A stretch of DNA of 32,000 nucleotides from Euryarchaeota archaeon SM23-78. GTDB taxonomy: Archaea > Nanobdellota > Nanobdellia > Woesearchaeales > SM23-78. Below the pieces are notes generated by a model. It was not told where the DNA came from. It saw nothing but the letters and a program-made list of their open reading frames with translations, and made no database searches. The position numbers were made by a program, and so were the translations under genes. The stretch is from positions 21,957 through 53,956 of the forward strand of contig LSSJ01000022.1 in the NCBI GenBank assembly GCA_001595785.1. The letters are read 5' to 3'. This document shows positions 8,579-16,069 of the stretch, piece after piece. Every line of letters starts with the position of its first letter. Positions within the stretch are counted from its first letter, which is position 1.

Positions 8579-8615
8579 GTCCTCGCCCCCGGGCTGGAAG
8601 TTATGCTACAAGTCC
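8579..8615 (-). repeat. diverged copy (A) of the ~38-nt motif derived from the tRNA-Tyr 3' end
   Basis: GTCCTCGCCCCCGGGCTGGAAGTTATGCTACAAGTCC. It has the same block spacing as copies B and C: CCCGG core, 2 nt, a 10-nt block (6/10 identical), 6 nt, then AGTCC. Confidence 0.5.
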
Positions 8616-8717
8616 TGACAGATCTAGCGCGATAATGGTAGGAATAACATAATTCTCTTTGGTTATTATTCCTCAAATTAGAAAATTATTTAAACATTAA
8701 TTCTATAAAACTTAGGT

Positions 8718-9737
8718 ATGAAAATAAACACGGTATTACTCCTACTAATCGTTCTTTGTTTTTTGCTGACAGCCTGCACAAAGTCTGAAGATTTGTCTGT
8801 AAGAGGATCAACTGAAAATCAAGTCTCAGAAGAAAAATACGATGAGCAAGTGCAGGAAACTCCGAGCGCTTCAGAGCAAACCCAAACAAGTCCTGCTGAG
8901 CCAGACCAAGCAGAACCTGCTCAACCAGCTTTACCTGCTCCAAGCTCGAATTGCGACAGTGAGGCTCAGCCTGAAAAAGATGATTGCTACACTAAACTAG
9001 CGCAAAATACCTCAAATTCTGCTTTTTGTGACAAAATCAGTGATTCAAAGAAAAAAAATTATTGTTACTCTAACCTAATTTTAAGAGGACTGGTGGATGC
9101 TGAACTGTGCAATAGATTATCTGAAACCTTCTATTATAAGGAGTTATGCTACTCTAAGTTGGCAGAAAAAAATTCTGACCCTGGTTTTTGTGACAAAATT
9201 AGTGATATTAGTATAAAAGACACTTGTTTTGATGTGGTTGCCAGAGCAAGAGAAGATGCTAATCTTTGTGATAAATTATCAGATTCATATGCTTTTAAAC
9301 CTACTTGCTATTCTTTAATTGCAGCAAAGAAGCAAGACGTATCAATTTGCAACAAAATACAGACAGGCGATGCTACATCAACTCCCCAAGAGAACAAAGA
9401 CGATTGCCTGGCCGGTGTTGCTTGGATGAATGGAGATATAAACATTTGTGAAAGGATTGTTACACAAAGTTCAAAAGATCACTGTTATAGCGGAGTTGCA
9501 CGAATGCTAAATAATTCTGATATTTGCTTAACAATATCTACGTCTCTTGCAAAAGCAAGTTGTTTAGCAACTGTTGCTATACGCCTAGATGATCCTTCAA
9601 TTTGCCAGAAAGGTTCTAAAACTGAAATAATCGATGATTGTTATAGTACCATCGTCATGGGCACTAAAAATAATATTGCATTATGCGATAACATACGAGA
9701 TGAAAGTAAAAGAAGGGTATGCAAATTGTATGCTTAA
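8718..9737 (+). CDS. secreted lipoprotein with about 9-10 tandem Cys-pair repeats
   Basis: Signal peptide plus lipobox (LLLLIVLCFLLTAC). A Q/E/P-rich linker follows. Repeats have the form C-[DN]-[KR]-[IL]-S-x6-8-C-[YF]-x3-[AIV], for example CDKISDSKKKNYCYSNL, CDKISDISIKDTCFDVVA and CDKLSDSYAFKPTCYSLIA. Near-identical nucleotide repeats start at about 9019 and 9185. Confidence 0.7.
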   Translation: MKINTVLLLLIVLCFLLTACTKSEDLSVRGSTENQVSEEKYDEQVQETPSASEQTQTSPAEPDQAEPAQPALPAPSSNCDSEAQPEKDDCYTKLAQNTSNSAFCDKISDSKKKNYCYSNLILRGLVDAELCNRLSETFYYKELCYSKLAEKNSDPGFCDKISDISIKDTCFDVVARAREDANLCDKLSDSYAFKPTCYSLIAAKKQDVSICNKIQTGDATSTPQENKDDCLAGVAWMNGDINICERIVTQSSKDHCYSGVARMLNNSDICLTISTSLAKASCLATVAIRLDDPSICQKGSKTEIIDDCYSTIVMGTKNNIALCDNIRDESKRRVCKLYA

Positions 9738-9792
9738 AGCGTATGCAACTGGCTAATTAATAAGAAAAAATTAACTAGCGAGGTGTTATATT

Positions 9793-10236
9793 ATGCAAAG
9801 ACCAAAATTTGTATGGGCAGTAACAATAGTTAGTGTTTTAGGTTTTCTTTTGATGATAGTCAATTTTATCAAGGGAATAACTTCTACAGTCACAACAAGA
9901 GGCGCTCCTGTTCTTATGACTCAGAAGATTTTCTTTGTGGCTTATCTAATACTTGGAGTGTTAGGCATGTTCTTTATCTATAATCTTTTTATGCTTAAGA
10001 GAGATAAAAGCAAACTATGGAACAACATAGTCGCACTGGGTGCATTAATCCTGACTGTATTCGGAATTTTGCATGATAGTGAGGTTATGGGAGTTCTTTC
10101 TGATTCTTCGCAGCAAGTTCTTATACAATCATATGCATACCCTGCTATAGTTGTTGGATTTGTTTACTTACTAATGATTCTTTTGTTTTGGAACATATTC
10201 AGGAAATATTTAAACAAGAGCAAATCATTTTCTTAA
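9793..10236 (+). CDS. four-TM membrane protein, unknown function
   Basis: 147-aa ORF with 4 hydrophobic helices, preceded by SD-like GAGGTG. Confidence 0.6.
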   Translation: MQRPKFVWAVTIVSVLGFLLMIVNFIKGITSTVTTRGAPVLMTQKIFFVAYLILGVLGMFFIYNLFMLKRDKSKLWNNIVALGALILTVFGILHDSEVMGVLSDSSQQVLIQSYAYPAIVVGFVYLLMILLFWNIFRKYLNKSKSFS

Positions 10237-10355
10237 GATTTGCTTTTGCTTCAGATATTTGAAACATAATCATTCAATTTCAATCCTCTCAAAATGCAAT
10301 CCCGGCATATAATAACATATGAAAAACACGTTTTGTCGTCAATAAAATAGAAAAT

Positions 10356-10393
10356 AGTCCCCGCGCCCGGATGGATAGTTTTGGTAGAAGTCC
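10356..10393 (-). repeat. copy (B) of the tRNA-Tyr 3'-end motif, a candidate att remnant
   Basis: AGTCCCCGCGCCCGGAT (10356-10372) is 17/17 identical to 12235-12251, which covers the T-loop end, T-stem 3' strand, acceptor 3' strand, discriminator and 2 nt of flank of tRNA-Tyr. It is followed by GGATAGTTTT-N6-AGTCC, shared with copy C. Confidence 0.7.
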
Positions 10394-10399
10394 CCCAAA

Positions 10400-11125
10400 C
10401 TATTTCTTTTGAGCCAATAGAATCATATTGACATGTACAGGATTGTGAGTAAAATGATATAATCCTCTTTTTACTTCTTTATCCAACAAAGAAATGAATG
10501 CTATATCAAAACCTTGTTTTTTAAATGCCTCAGTAAACTCTCGATGATGCTTATGATAATTATAGGTGTTAAAAAAATGTCCTTGATTTGTGAAGAAGAA
10601 AATTCCATTTGGTTTTAGTATCCTATTAATTTCATTGGCGTACTCATCAATAGTTGGTCGAATTGGTTGAAATTCTTCTGGAGTTGTCCTTACAATTTTA
10701 TCAGTAATCATGTGGTTGTGTATTTCTGTAAAATAATTATCCTCAAAAGGATAAGGCAAATCTTTAGCATCCCATGGAAAGAAAACTGATTGAATACCAT
10801 CGTTATTTGTTTCTTGTTTTATGAGTTTTTCTTTAGCAAAATCCCTATACCAAAAAGGTTTGGTTGTGTCAGGCCTATATTCTGGTTTGTCTTTTCCCAT
10901 TAATTCTAAGCCATCTCTGTCAGCGTTTTCCCAATATGTACTTAAATCAAAGTAATAACTCATTCCTCTATAAGTAATCTCAATCTGCCTCCCCTTCAAG
11001 TATTCTTTTAGATTTCTAAGAATTGGAGCATGCTCTGGTCCTATCTCTAATGCAACAATATGGTCAAGTTTATTTCTTTCCTGTGTAAAATAATCATTCA
11101 GAGTTTTTTTAAGTAAAAATACCAT
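10400..11125 (-). CDS. class I SAM-methyltransferase-like protein with a degenerate glycine loop
   Basis: VALEIGPEHAP resembles motif I, DAKDLPYPFEDNYFTEI resembles motif II, and EINRILKPNGIFFF resembles the post-II motif. The assignment is tentative. Confidence 0.5.
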   Translation of the reverse strand: MVFLLKKTLNDYFTQERNKLDHIVALEIGPEHAPILRNLKEYLKGRQIEITYRGMSYYFDLSTYWENADRDGLELMGKDKPEYRPDTTKPFWYRDFAKEKLIKQETNNDGIQSVFFPWDAKDLPYPFEDNYFTEIHNHMITDKIVRTTPEEFQPIRPTIDEYANEINRILKPNGIFFFTNQGHFFNTYNYHKHHREFTEAFKKQGFDIAFISLLDKEVKRGLYHFTHNPVHVNMILLAQKK

Positions 11126-11199
11126 AATATCTACCTAAACTTCTAAATAAGAACTGATTTAAAAAAGTTTCGTTTTGTAACCACTGTAAAATAATAAAT

Positions 11200-11236
11200 A
11201 TCCCTACGCCCGGGCGGATAGTTTTCATTCAAGTCC
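11200..11236 (-). repeat. copy (C) of the tRNA-Tyr 3'-end motif
   Basis: ATCCCTACGCCCGGGCGGATAGTTTTCATTCAAGTCC. It shares the CGCCCGG, GGATAGTTTT and AGTCC blocks with copy B at identical spacing. Confidence 0.6.
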
Positions 11237-11285
11237 TGAAAAATAAGGTAGTGTCATTTCGTGAGAAATTAATCTGGTTATAATC

Positions 11286-12161
11286 TTACCACTTTGGAAT
11301 CTTACCATTCTGCACTGTAGACCAATATGTATCATTAATGACACCGTCAGAAATGGTCAAATACCATTTTTTAAGATATTCGGATTTCTTTCTAAGAACG
11401 GTATCACTATCAATCCTTCGCTTATAGTCATTACTATATAACAGTTCAACAGTGCCTGCAATATCCTCACCAATACTATGTGTACAATAGTTGTTAAAAA
11501 ATCCAGGAGGTGTTGAGGGGAGTGACTTCCATGTTGAGGAATTATAAACGGCATCAGGGTGAAGTGCCCTCCATTCTTCTTTAGGAATATCCTGAGTTAA
11601 TATATGGGCAAGTTCATGATGAAAACTTTTATTCTCAAAAATAGTTCCGAGAACAGCATGATGGTACCTGAGCCATTCATCCCTTCCGGCACTAATTGAC
11701 ATGCCACCCCAGAAAGTCACATAAGCAACAGGTGTTGCACCTTGCTTCATAATCTCTTCTGTACTATATGTATAAGCTCGCACAATCTCAACCTTTTGCA
11801 GATGCTTCTGAAGCAATTCCTTAGGATAATAGCGCATTGCTTCTTCTAACCCCTCCAAAGCCTTTAACGACATATACGGAGAATGAGATCTAAGGCCAGA
11901 TTTTTTGATGAGCGGAGGACTCGGTCTGCCAAATCCTACAAGAGTGGGTTCACTCCAAACATCTATCTCAAGATGATATGTATCTGAGAGAGTTTGCTCA
12001 AGCTGAGTTATATTATTTTCAATTTTTCCTCTTCTTAAGCAATCTTGGCTTGTTACATATAGATGAGGACCAAAGGCAAGTGCTCCGGCTAAAATTGTTC
12101 CAGTTATAATTTTTCCTTTATGCCTTTTTGCTTTTTGGAACATATCTTTTAATCTTAACAT
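11286..12161 (-). CDS. membrane-anchored HExxH zinc-metalloprotease-like protein
   Basis: I trimmed the start to the ATG at 12161 because the track ORF (to 12317) runs into tRNA-Tyr. It has an N-terminal TM segment (IITGTILAGALAFGP) and the motif FHHELAHILT. Confidence 0.6.
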   Translation of the reverse strand: MLRLKDMFQKAKRHKGKIITGTILAGALAFGPHLYVTSQDCLRRGKIENNITQLEQTLSDTYHLEIDVWSEPTLVGFGRPSPPLIKKSGLRSHSPYMSLKALEGLEEAMRYYPKELLQKHLQKVEIVRAYTYSTEEIMKQGATPVAYVTFWGGMSISAGRDEWLRYHHAVLGTIFENKSFHHELAHILTQDIPKEEWRALHPDAVYNSSTWKSLPSTPPGFFNNYCTHSIGEDIAGTVELLYSNDYKRRIDSDTVLRKKSEYLKKWYLTISDGVINDTYWSTVQNGKIPKW

Positions 12162-12236
12162 TTTAATATCCCCATTACAAGGGCAGTTTAACTTTATAAA
12201 TCTTTCGATTATTTTACTACTTACAAGAAGTGAAAG

Positions 12237-12358
12237 TCCCCGCGCCCGGATTTGAACCAGGAACCTTTCGGGAACAGCTGGTCGTGTATCATTTCTAGCC
12301 AGTCGGCTTCTCAACACGACATCTACAGCCGAACGCTCTGCCGTTGAGCTACGCGGGG
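12237..12358 (-). tRNA. tRNA-Tyr(GUA): tRNA-Tyr(GUA) with a ~50-nt anticodon-loop intron
   Basis: Minus strand reads CCCCGCG-TA-GCTC-AACGGCA-GAGC-G-TTCGG-CTGTAG[intron]CCGAA-AGGTT-CCTGG-TTCAAAT-CCGGG-CGCGGGG-A. C1-G72 is the archaeal/eukaryal Tyr identity pair. The intron contains a 7-bp helix GTCGTGT/ACACGAC. Confidence 0.85.
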
Positions 12359-12382
12359 TATAGACTAGAAAGAAATGATATG

Positions 12383-12391
12383 TTTATAAAA
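12383..12391 (-). promoter_or_regulatory. TATA box (TTTTATAAA) of tRNA-Tyr
   Basis: It lies 24 nt upstream of the tRNA 5' end. The same spacing is seen for tRNA-Pro (24 nt) and tRNA-Gln (25 nt). Confidence 0.5.
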
Positions 12392-12404
12392 GTTTTGTTC
12401 GTTC

Positions 12405-12449
12405 GCATTGTTGTTATTTTTACTCTGAGGCCAATAATAACAACAATGC
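12405..12449 (-). terminator. 14-bp perfect hairpin downstream of the 482-aa gene
   Basis: GCATTGTTGTTATT-17 nt-AATAACAACAATGC. It starts about 28 nt after the stop at 12478 and lies just upstream of the tRNA-Tyr promoter. The function (terminator or insulator) is inferred only. Confidence 0.35.
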
Positions 12450-12477
12450 TCACATAAAGAAAATAAAAGAAAAAAAC

Positions 12478-13926
12478 TCACTCCCTGTGCACCAGATTAA
12501 TTCCTTTTGAATAGATTGTTCTTTCCTTTCCTTTCTTGGTGTCAAACCTGGCTTTTGCACTTGGAAGTCTGATACCTCCTATTAGTTTGAGTTTTGACTT
12601 AATCTTATAAGTTATTATTCTTTCCTCATAAGACTCTAACACGTCAAGCTCCCATCTAGCCACTGTGCCTCTCTTGCTCTTTCCAATGCTTATGGGTTCC
12701 ATTGAGCCTAGGTGCGCTTTTTTCTCTATCTCTGCTATGCTTGGCACACTGTCTGTTACTCTAAGGTTGTGTATGGGTCTTCTTGCCCTGTTCTTTAAAT
12801 AAATCCTTACTTTTACTTCACTCACTCCTTCCTTTGTTTTCCCAAGAGGCTCTGCACTCTTAACAATGATGATAGGGCTTCTAAGAGCGTAGTAAAGTAT
12901 AGTTGTCAATATTATTAAGATGATGATTAGTACCAGGAGTCTGTAGTCAGTGATAATAAATATTTTTAGGCTCTCTTCTGGGAACAGGTCTTCTCTTATA
13001 ACATAGTAGGTCTTGCCGTCAATTCCTTCCTCTTTAACAGGGTCGGGTGAGAATTTTGTGAATAACCTCTTAAAAAAGTTGATACTAAACTTTTTCTCAG
13101 CAGTTCCTTCCTGATTCCCATTATTATAGAGGGTGTAACTTTCTTCTGTTCTAAACAAGACGCTCTTCCTAGTATAAGTCTTCTGCATATTAATGTATCC
13201 TATGATTTCGTACTCAACAGATGATTCTGCTATTCTTTTATCCTCAAAGAATAGAGTAACTGTGACTTTTCTTGTTCCTGGTTCTACAAGAGGGTCAACT
13301 TCGAACAGGATTTCATTGGTCTTATCTTCCAAAGGTAATAGGTGAGTGGTGTATTCTTTGTAAAAAATTTCTCCGTTAATAATCACTTTTAAATCCTCAA
13401 GGTCTCTGGGGTTTCTATTTCTGAGATTAAGTCTTACAGAGACTTTCTCTCTGGGATCAATCTTTTTATCCATATAAACTATTGTTGTAACTGTGGGTGC
13501 ATAGGTTCTGTTAAGCAGATATGAGGGCACAACATACACAGCAAACTTCTGAGTCTCCTCAAAGTGAAACCCTGTTTTCTCAGACTTTATTTTGATAGGA
13601 ATGAAATAGGTTTTTCCCTCTTCTACTATGAGCTTTGGTTTTAGTTCAATAATATACTTTGCCTCTGATTCTGGGGGTATCAAGCCTACTGCTGGCTCAA
13701 CATCCAATAACCAGTCAATATCCCTTGTGCTTACAGTAAAAAAATCCTCATAACCAGCAGGGTTTTTGATAATCAGCTTAAAAAAAGCAGATTCCTCCTT
13801 TGTGATGGTGTTATTAAGGGTCTCAACAAAATAGGTGAATGCTGATGCCTGTAGGCATGTCATGAGAAGCAAGACTAACACTATTATCAACATGAATATG
13901 AGTCTAAACCCTATTTTTTTATTCAT
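12478..13926 (-). CDS. secreted/membrane protein with predicted beta-sandwich repeats and an internal TM anchor
   Basis: Signal peptide (FRLIFMLIIVLVLLLMTCLQASA). About 300 aa of beta-rich sequence follow, then a TM segment (LLVLIIILIILTTILYYAL) and a further ~135-aa domain. It resembles archaeal COG1470/CARDB-type surface proteins, tentatively. Confidence 0.6.
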   Translation of the reverse strand: MNKKIGFRLIFMLIIVLVLLLMTCLQASAFTYFVETLNNTITKEESAFFKLIIKNPAGYEDFFTVSTRDIDWLLDVEPAVGLIPPESEAKYIIELKPKLIVEEGKTYFIPIKIKSEKTGFHFEETQKFAVYVVPSYLLNRTYAPTVTTIVYMDKKIDPREKVSVRLNLRNRNPRDLEDLKVIINGEIFYKEYTTHLLPLEDKTNEILFEVDPLVEPGTRKVTVTLFFEDKRIAESSVEYEIIGYINMQKTYTRKSVLFRTEESYTLYNNGNQEGTAEKKFSINFFKRLFTKFSPDPVKEEGIDGKTYYVIREDLFPEESLKIFIITDYRLLVLIIILIILTTILYYALRSPIIIVKSAEPLGKTKEGVSEVKVRIYLKNRARRPIHNLRVTDSVPSIAEIEKKAHLGSMEPISIGKSKRGTVARWELDVLESYEERIITYKIKSKLKLIGGIRLPSAKARFDTKKGKERTIYSKGINLVHRE

Positions 13927-14013
13927 GGAAACTCGCCTCCTGCCCTTTTAAAACCAATAAGTCTAATAGAGTATTACCTTTATATACCTTTCTATTTTTG
14001 AGTGAGTAAAACT

Positions 14014-14790
14014 TTACTTTTTCCTTCTAGGCCATAAAATAATCATGCTGGTTCTTTTTTTGTATTCCTGATATTTCTTATTCCTGCCATATTTTGTATC
14101 AGCATGTTTTTCTAGCTTTGGAACGCCTGTGACAAATCGAAGAATGAATATAATATATAAAGGACTAACAAGGCCTACAAGGGTGTTCAACAAAGATGCG
14201 GATAATGTAGGCAGGCAATAAATGTATATACCTATCCAGCAAAGCATTTCACCAAAATAGTTAGGATGCCTTGAATATTTCCATAGTCCATTTTCAATCC
14301 ATTTTCCTTTATTCTTAAGATTATTTTTGAAAGCAAACTTCTGTTTGTCAGCAGTAGATTCTATTAGCAAACCTGTCATCCATATAAGAAATCCTATGAA
14401 CGAGACAAGACCTATTTCTTTTACTTCTGAATTTAAGTAGATAAGGGTTGGTAACAGGATAAGCCATACACTTACTCCTTGCATAAGCCAAAAACCCGAG
14501 AACTTAACAAAACTACCTCTTATCTTGTCAAACCTTGCATCCTTCTTAATCTTTCTTATTCGTTTGAACAGAAAAAGAGCAAGTCTTAAGCCCCAGATAA
14601 GGATCATTAGGAAGAGGATAACCTTTCCAATAGTAATACTATTTAGAACCAAGACCAGGAAAGCCAAAATTATAAAGGTAAGTCCATATGACAAGTCGGT
14701 TAACTTATCGGTTTTAAAAAAATAAGCAGGTATGAACATCACTATTTGAATTAGAATTGACAATCCCAGTGATGTTAAAAATATTGACAT
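14014..14790 (-). CDS. DUF1295 / steroid-5-alpha-reductase-like membrane protein
   Basis: Polytopic protein with the family signature YSRHPNYFGEMLCWIGIY. Confidence 0.75.
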   Translation of the reverse strand: MSIFLTSLGLSILIQIVMFIPAYFFKTDKLTDLSYGLTFIILAFLVLVLNSITIGKVILFLMILIWGLRLALFLFKRIRKIKKDARFDKIRGSFVKFSGFWLMQGVSVWLILLPTLIYLNSEVKEIGLVSFIGFLIWMTGLLIESTADKQKFAFKNNLKNKGKWIENGLWKYSRHPNYFGEMLCWIGIYIYCLPTLSASLLNTLVGLVSPLYIIFILRFVTGVPKLEKHADTKYGRNKKYQEYKKRTSMIILWPRRKK

Positions 14791-14832
14791 ACTAAAAAAG
14801 AATAAAAGCTTATTTTTAAATTTATGGGAAAG

Positions 14833-15019
14833 TGGGGCTGCGAGGACTCTCAGAGAAACTGCAGATCAGTTTTTCTTTTGAACCCCGGTCACCAGCTGTT
14901 CGTTTCATTGATAAGCATATACAGGCATGCTTTTCTCGCAAACCCCGAGCTGGGATGATGGTTGCTCCAAGCAACCTCAAAAACTGAGGTTTTTGTTGGC
15001 CAAGCTACACTACAGCCCC
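14833..15019 (-). tRNA. tRNA-Pro: tRNA-Pro (NGG, most likely GGG or CGG) with three introns
   Basis: Minus strand 5' part is GGGGCTG-TA-GTGT-AGCTTGGCCA-ACA... The 3' part is GCTGG-TGAC-CGGGG-TTCAAA[30-nt intron]T-CCTCG-CAGCCCC-A. The gene is 187 nt for a ~74-nt tRNA. The T-loop intron fits a bulge-helix-bulge motif (TTCA/TGAG helix, bulges AA|A and AG|T). The best anticodon arm is CCAGC/GCTGG with loop TCGGGG|intron|A. Other registers or hairpins give CGG or TGG, which are all Pro. Confidence 0.65.
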
Positions 15020-15043
15020 GTTTTATGGAAGAAATAGTATTGG

Positions 15044-15052
15044 TTTATATAA
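15044..15052 (-). promoter_or_regulatory. TATA box (TTATATAAA) of tRNA-Pro
   Basis: It lies 24 nt upstream of the tRNA 5' end. Confidence 0.45.
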
Positions 15053-15060
15053 TTATTTTT

Positions 15061-16065
15061 TTATTTCTTTGATTTTTTTCTAGAACCTGTCTTCTTTGTC
15101 TTTTTTGTTACCTTTTTCTTGGTTTTTCTTGGTTTATTTGTTTTACTAGAATCTTCTTTAAGCTCAGTAAGGTATTGTTTCTCCTCTTCTTTTCTTCTCT
15201 TTAATACGAAGATTATAGCAATGATCAGAGCTATTATTAGTCCTGCCAAGAACACTTCTAGAAGGGTTAGTGGCTGAGATGTTTGAGCTGGTTCTTGTAA
15301 TGCTTTTCCTGCTATGTTACTACTCTGCTTTTCTGTGCTGACTGTGAAGAAGGCTTTTCTAAAAGAAATATCATTTAGTATTATATCCAGTTCTGCATAG
15401 CCATCATTATTAAAATCAATGCTAGTAGAATCACCTTCCCCTAGTTTTATCCTTTTATACCCATCAGATATTAGGAGCTCTACGAATTCTATGCCTGTAC
15501 TGTAATCCTGGATTACTCTCAGGATGTTCATATCATAAGTAATATCCTGCTCTTTTACTCTTATAACATCATTGGGTACCACGTTTTTTATGTCTATTTC
15601 AAGATTATCCTTTAGCTCGAATTCATAGATAAAGCCGTCTCTATCAGGGAACCTGCTTATTTTTAGCTCAGATTCTTCTTGCTCGCCTATTATGAGTTTT
15701 CTTAGTTCTGAATAAATGACTTGGTTGCTTGTATCAACACATTCTATTCTCCAATGATAAGTGCCAGGTACCAGCTCTGTTTTTATCCTAGTATCATGAG
15801 GTGAGAACAGTGCATTAGTGGTCTTGGCAACCTTTTCATTGAGCAGCAAGGCACACTCCTTTATCTCAAGCTCAAGGGGATACTTAAACATAAATTGAAT
15901 AGTTGTATGTTGAGTTTGGGCATTATCAATAGGAGAGATTAAGATTACTTCAGCAGCAGGGCTTATCAAAAAGCCTGTTATTGAAGCATTATTTGCAATA
16001 ATAAAATATATTAATGCAAGGGTAAATAAGCCAAAAACTATCTCAAGCTTTGTTATTCTTTGCAT
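15061..16065 (-). CDS. secreted surface protein with a C-terminal TM anchor and Lys-rich tail (paralog of 16070..17170)
   Basis: It has a signal/TM start, a shared GTYHWRIECVD-type domain, the anchor LAGLIIALIIAIIFVL, and the tail KKVTKKTKKTGSRKKSKK. Confidence 0.65.
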   Translation of the reverse strand: MQRITKLEIVFGLFTLALIYFIIANNASITGFLISPAAEVILISPIDNAQTQHTTIQFMFKYPLELEIKECALLLNEKVAKTTNALFSPHDTRIKTELVPGTYHWRIECVDTSNQVIYSELRKLIIGEQEESELKISRFPDRDGFIYEFELKDNLEIDIKNVVPNDVIRVKEQDITYDMNILRVIQDYSTGIEFVELLISDGYKRIKLGEGDSTSIDFNNDGYAELDIILNDISFRKAFFTVSTEKQSSNIAGKALQEPAQTSQPLTLLEVFLAGLIIALIIAIIFVLKRRKEEEKQYLTELKEDSSKTNKPRKTKKKVTKKTKKTGSRKKSKK

Positions 16066-16069
16066 TTCC

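Noticed and set aside
12162-12317. N-terminal 52-codon extension of the HExxH protein ORF
   Set aside because: The extension runs through the 3' half of tRNA-Tyr. The internal ATG at 12161 is followed by a plausible TM anchor.
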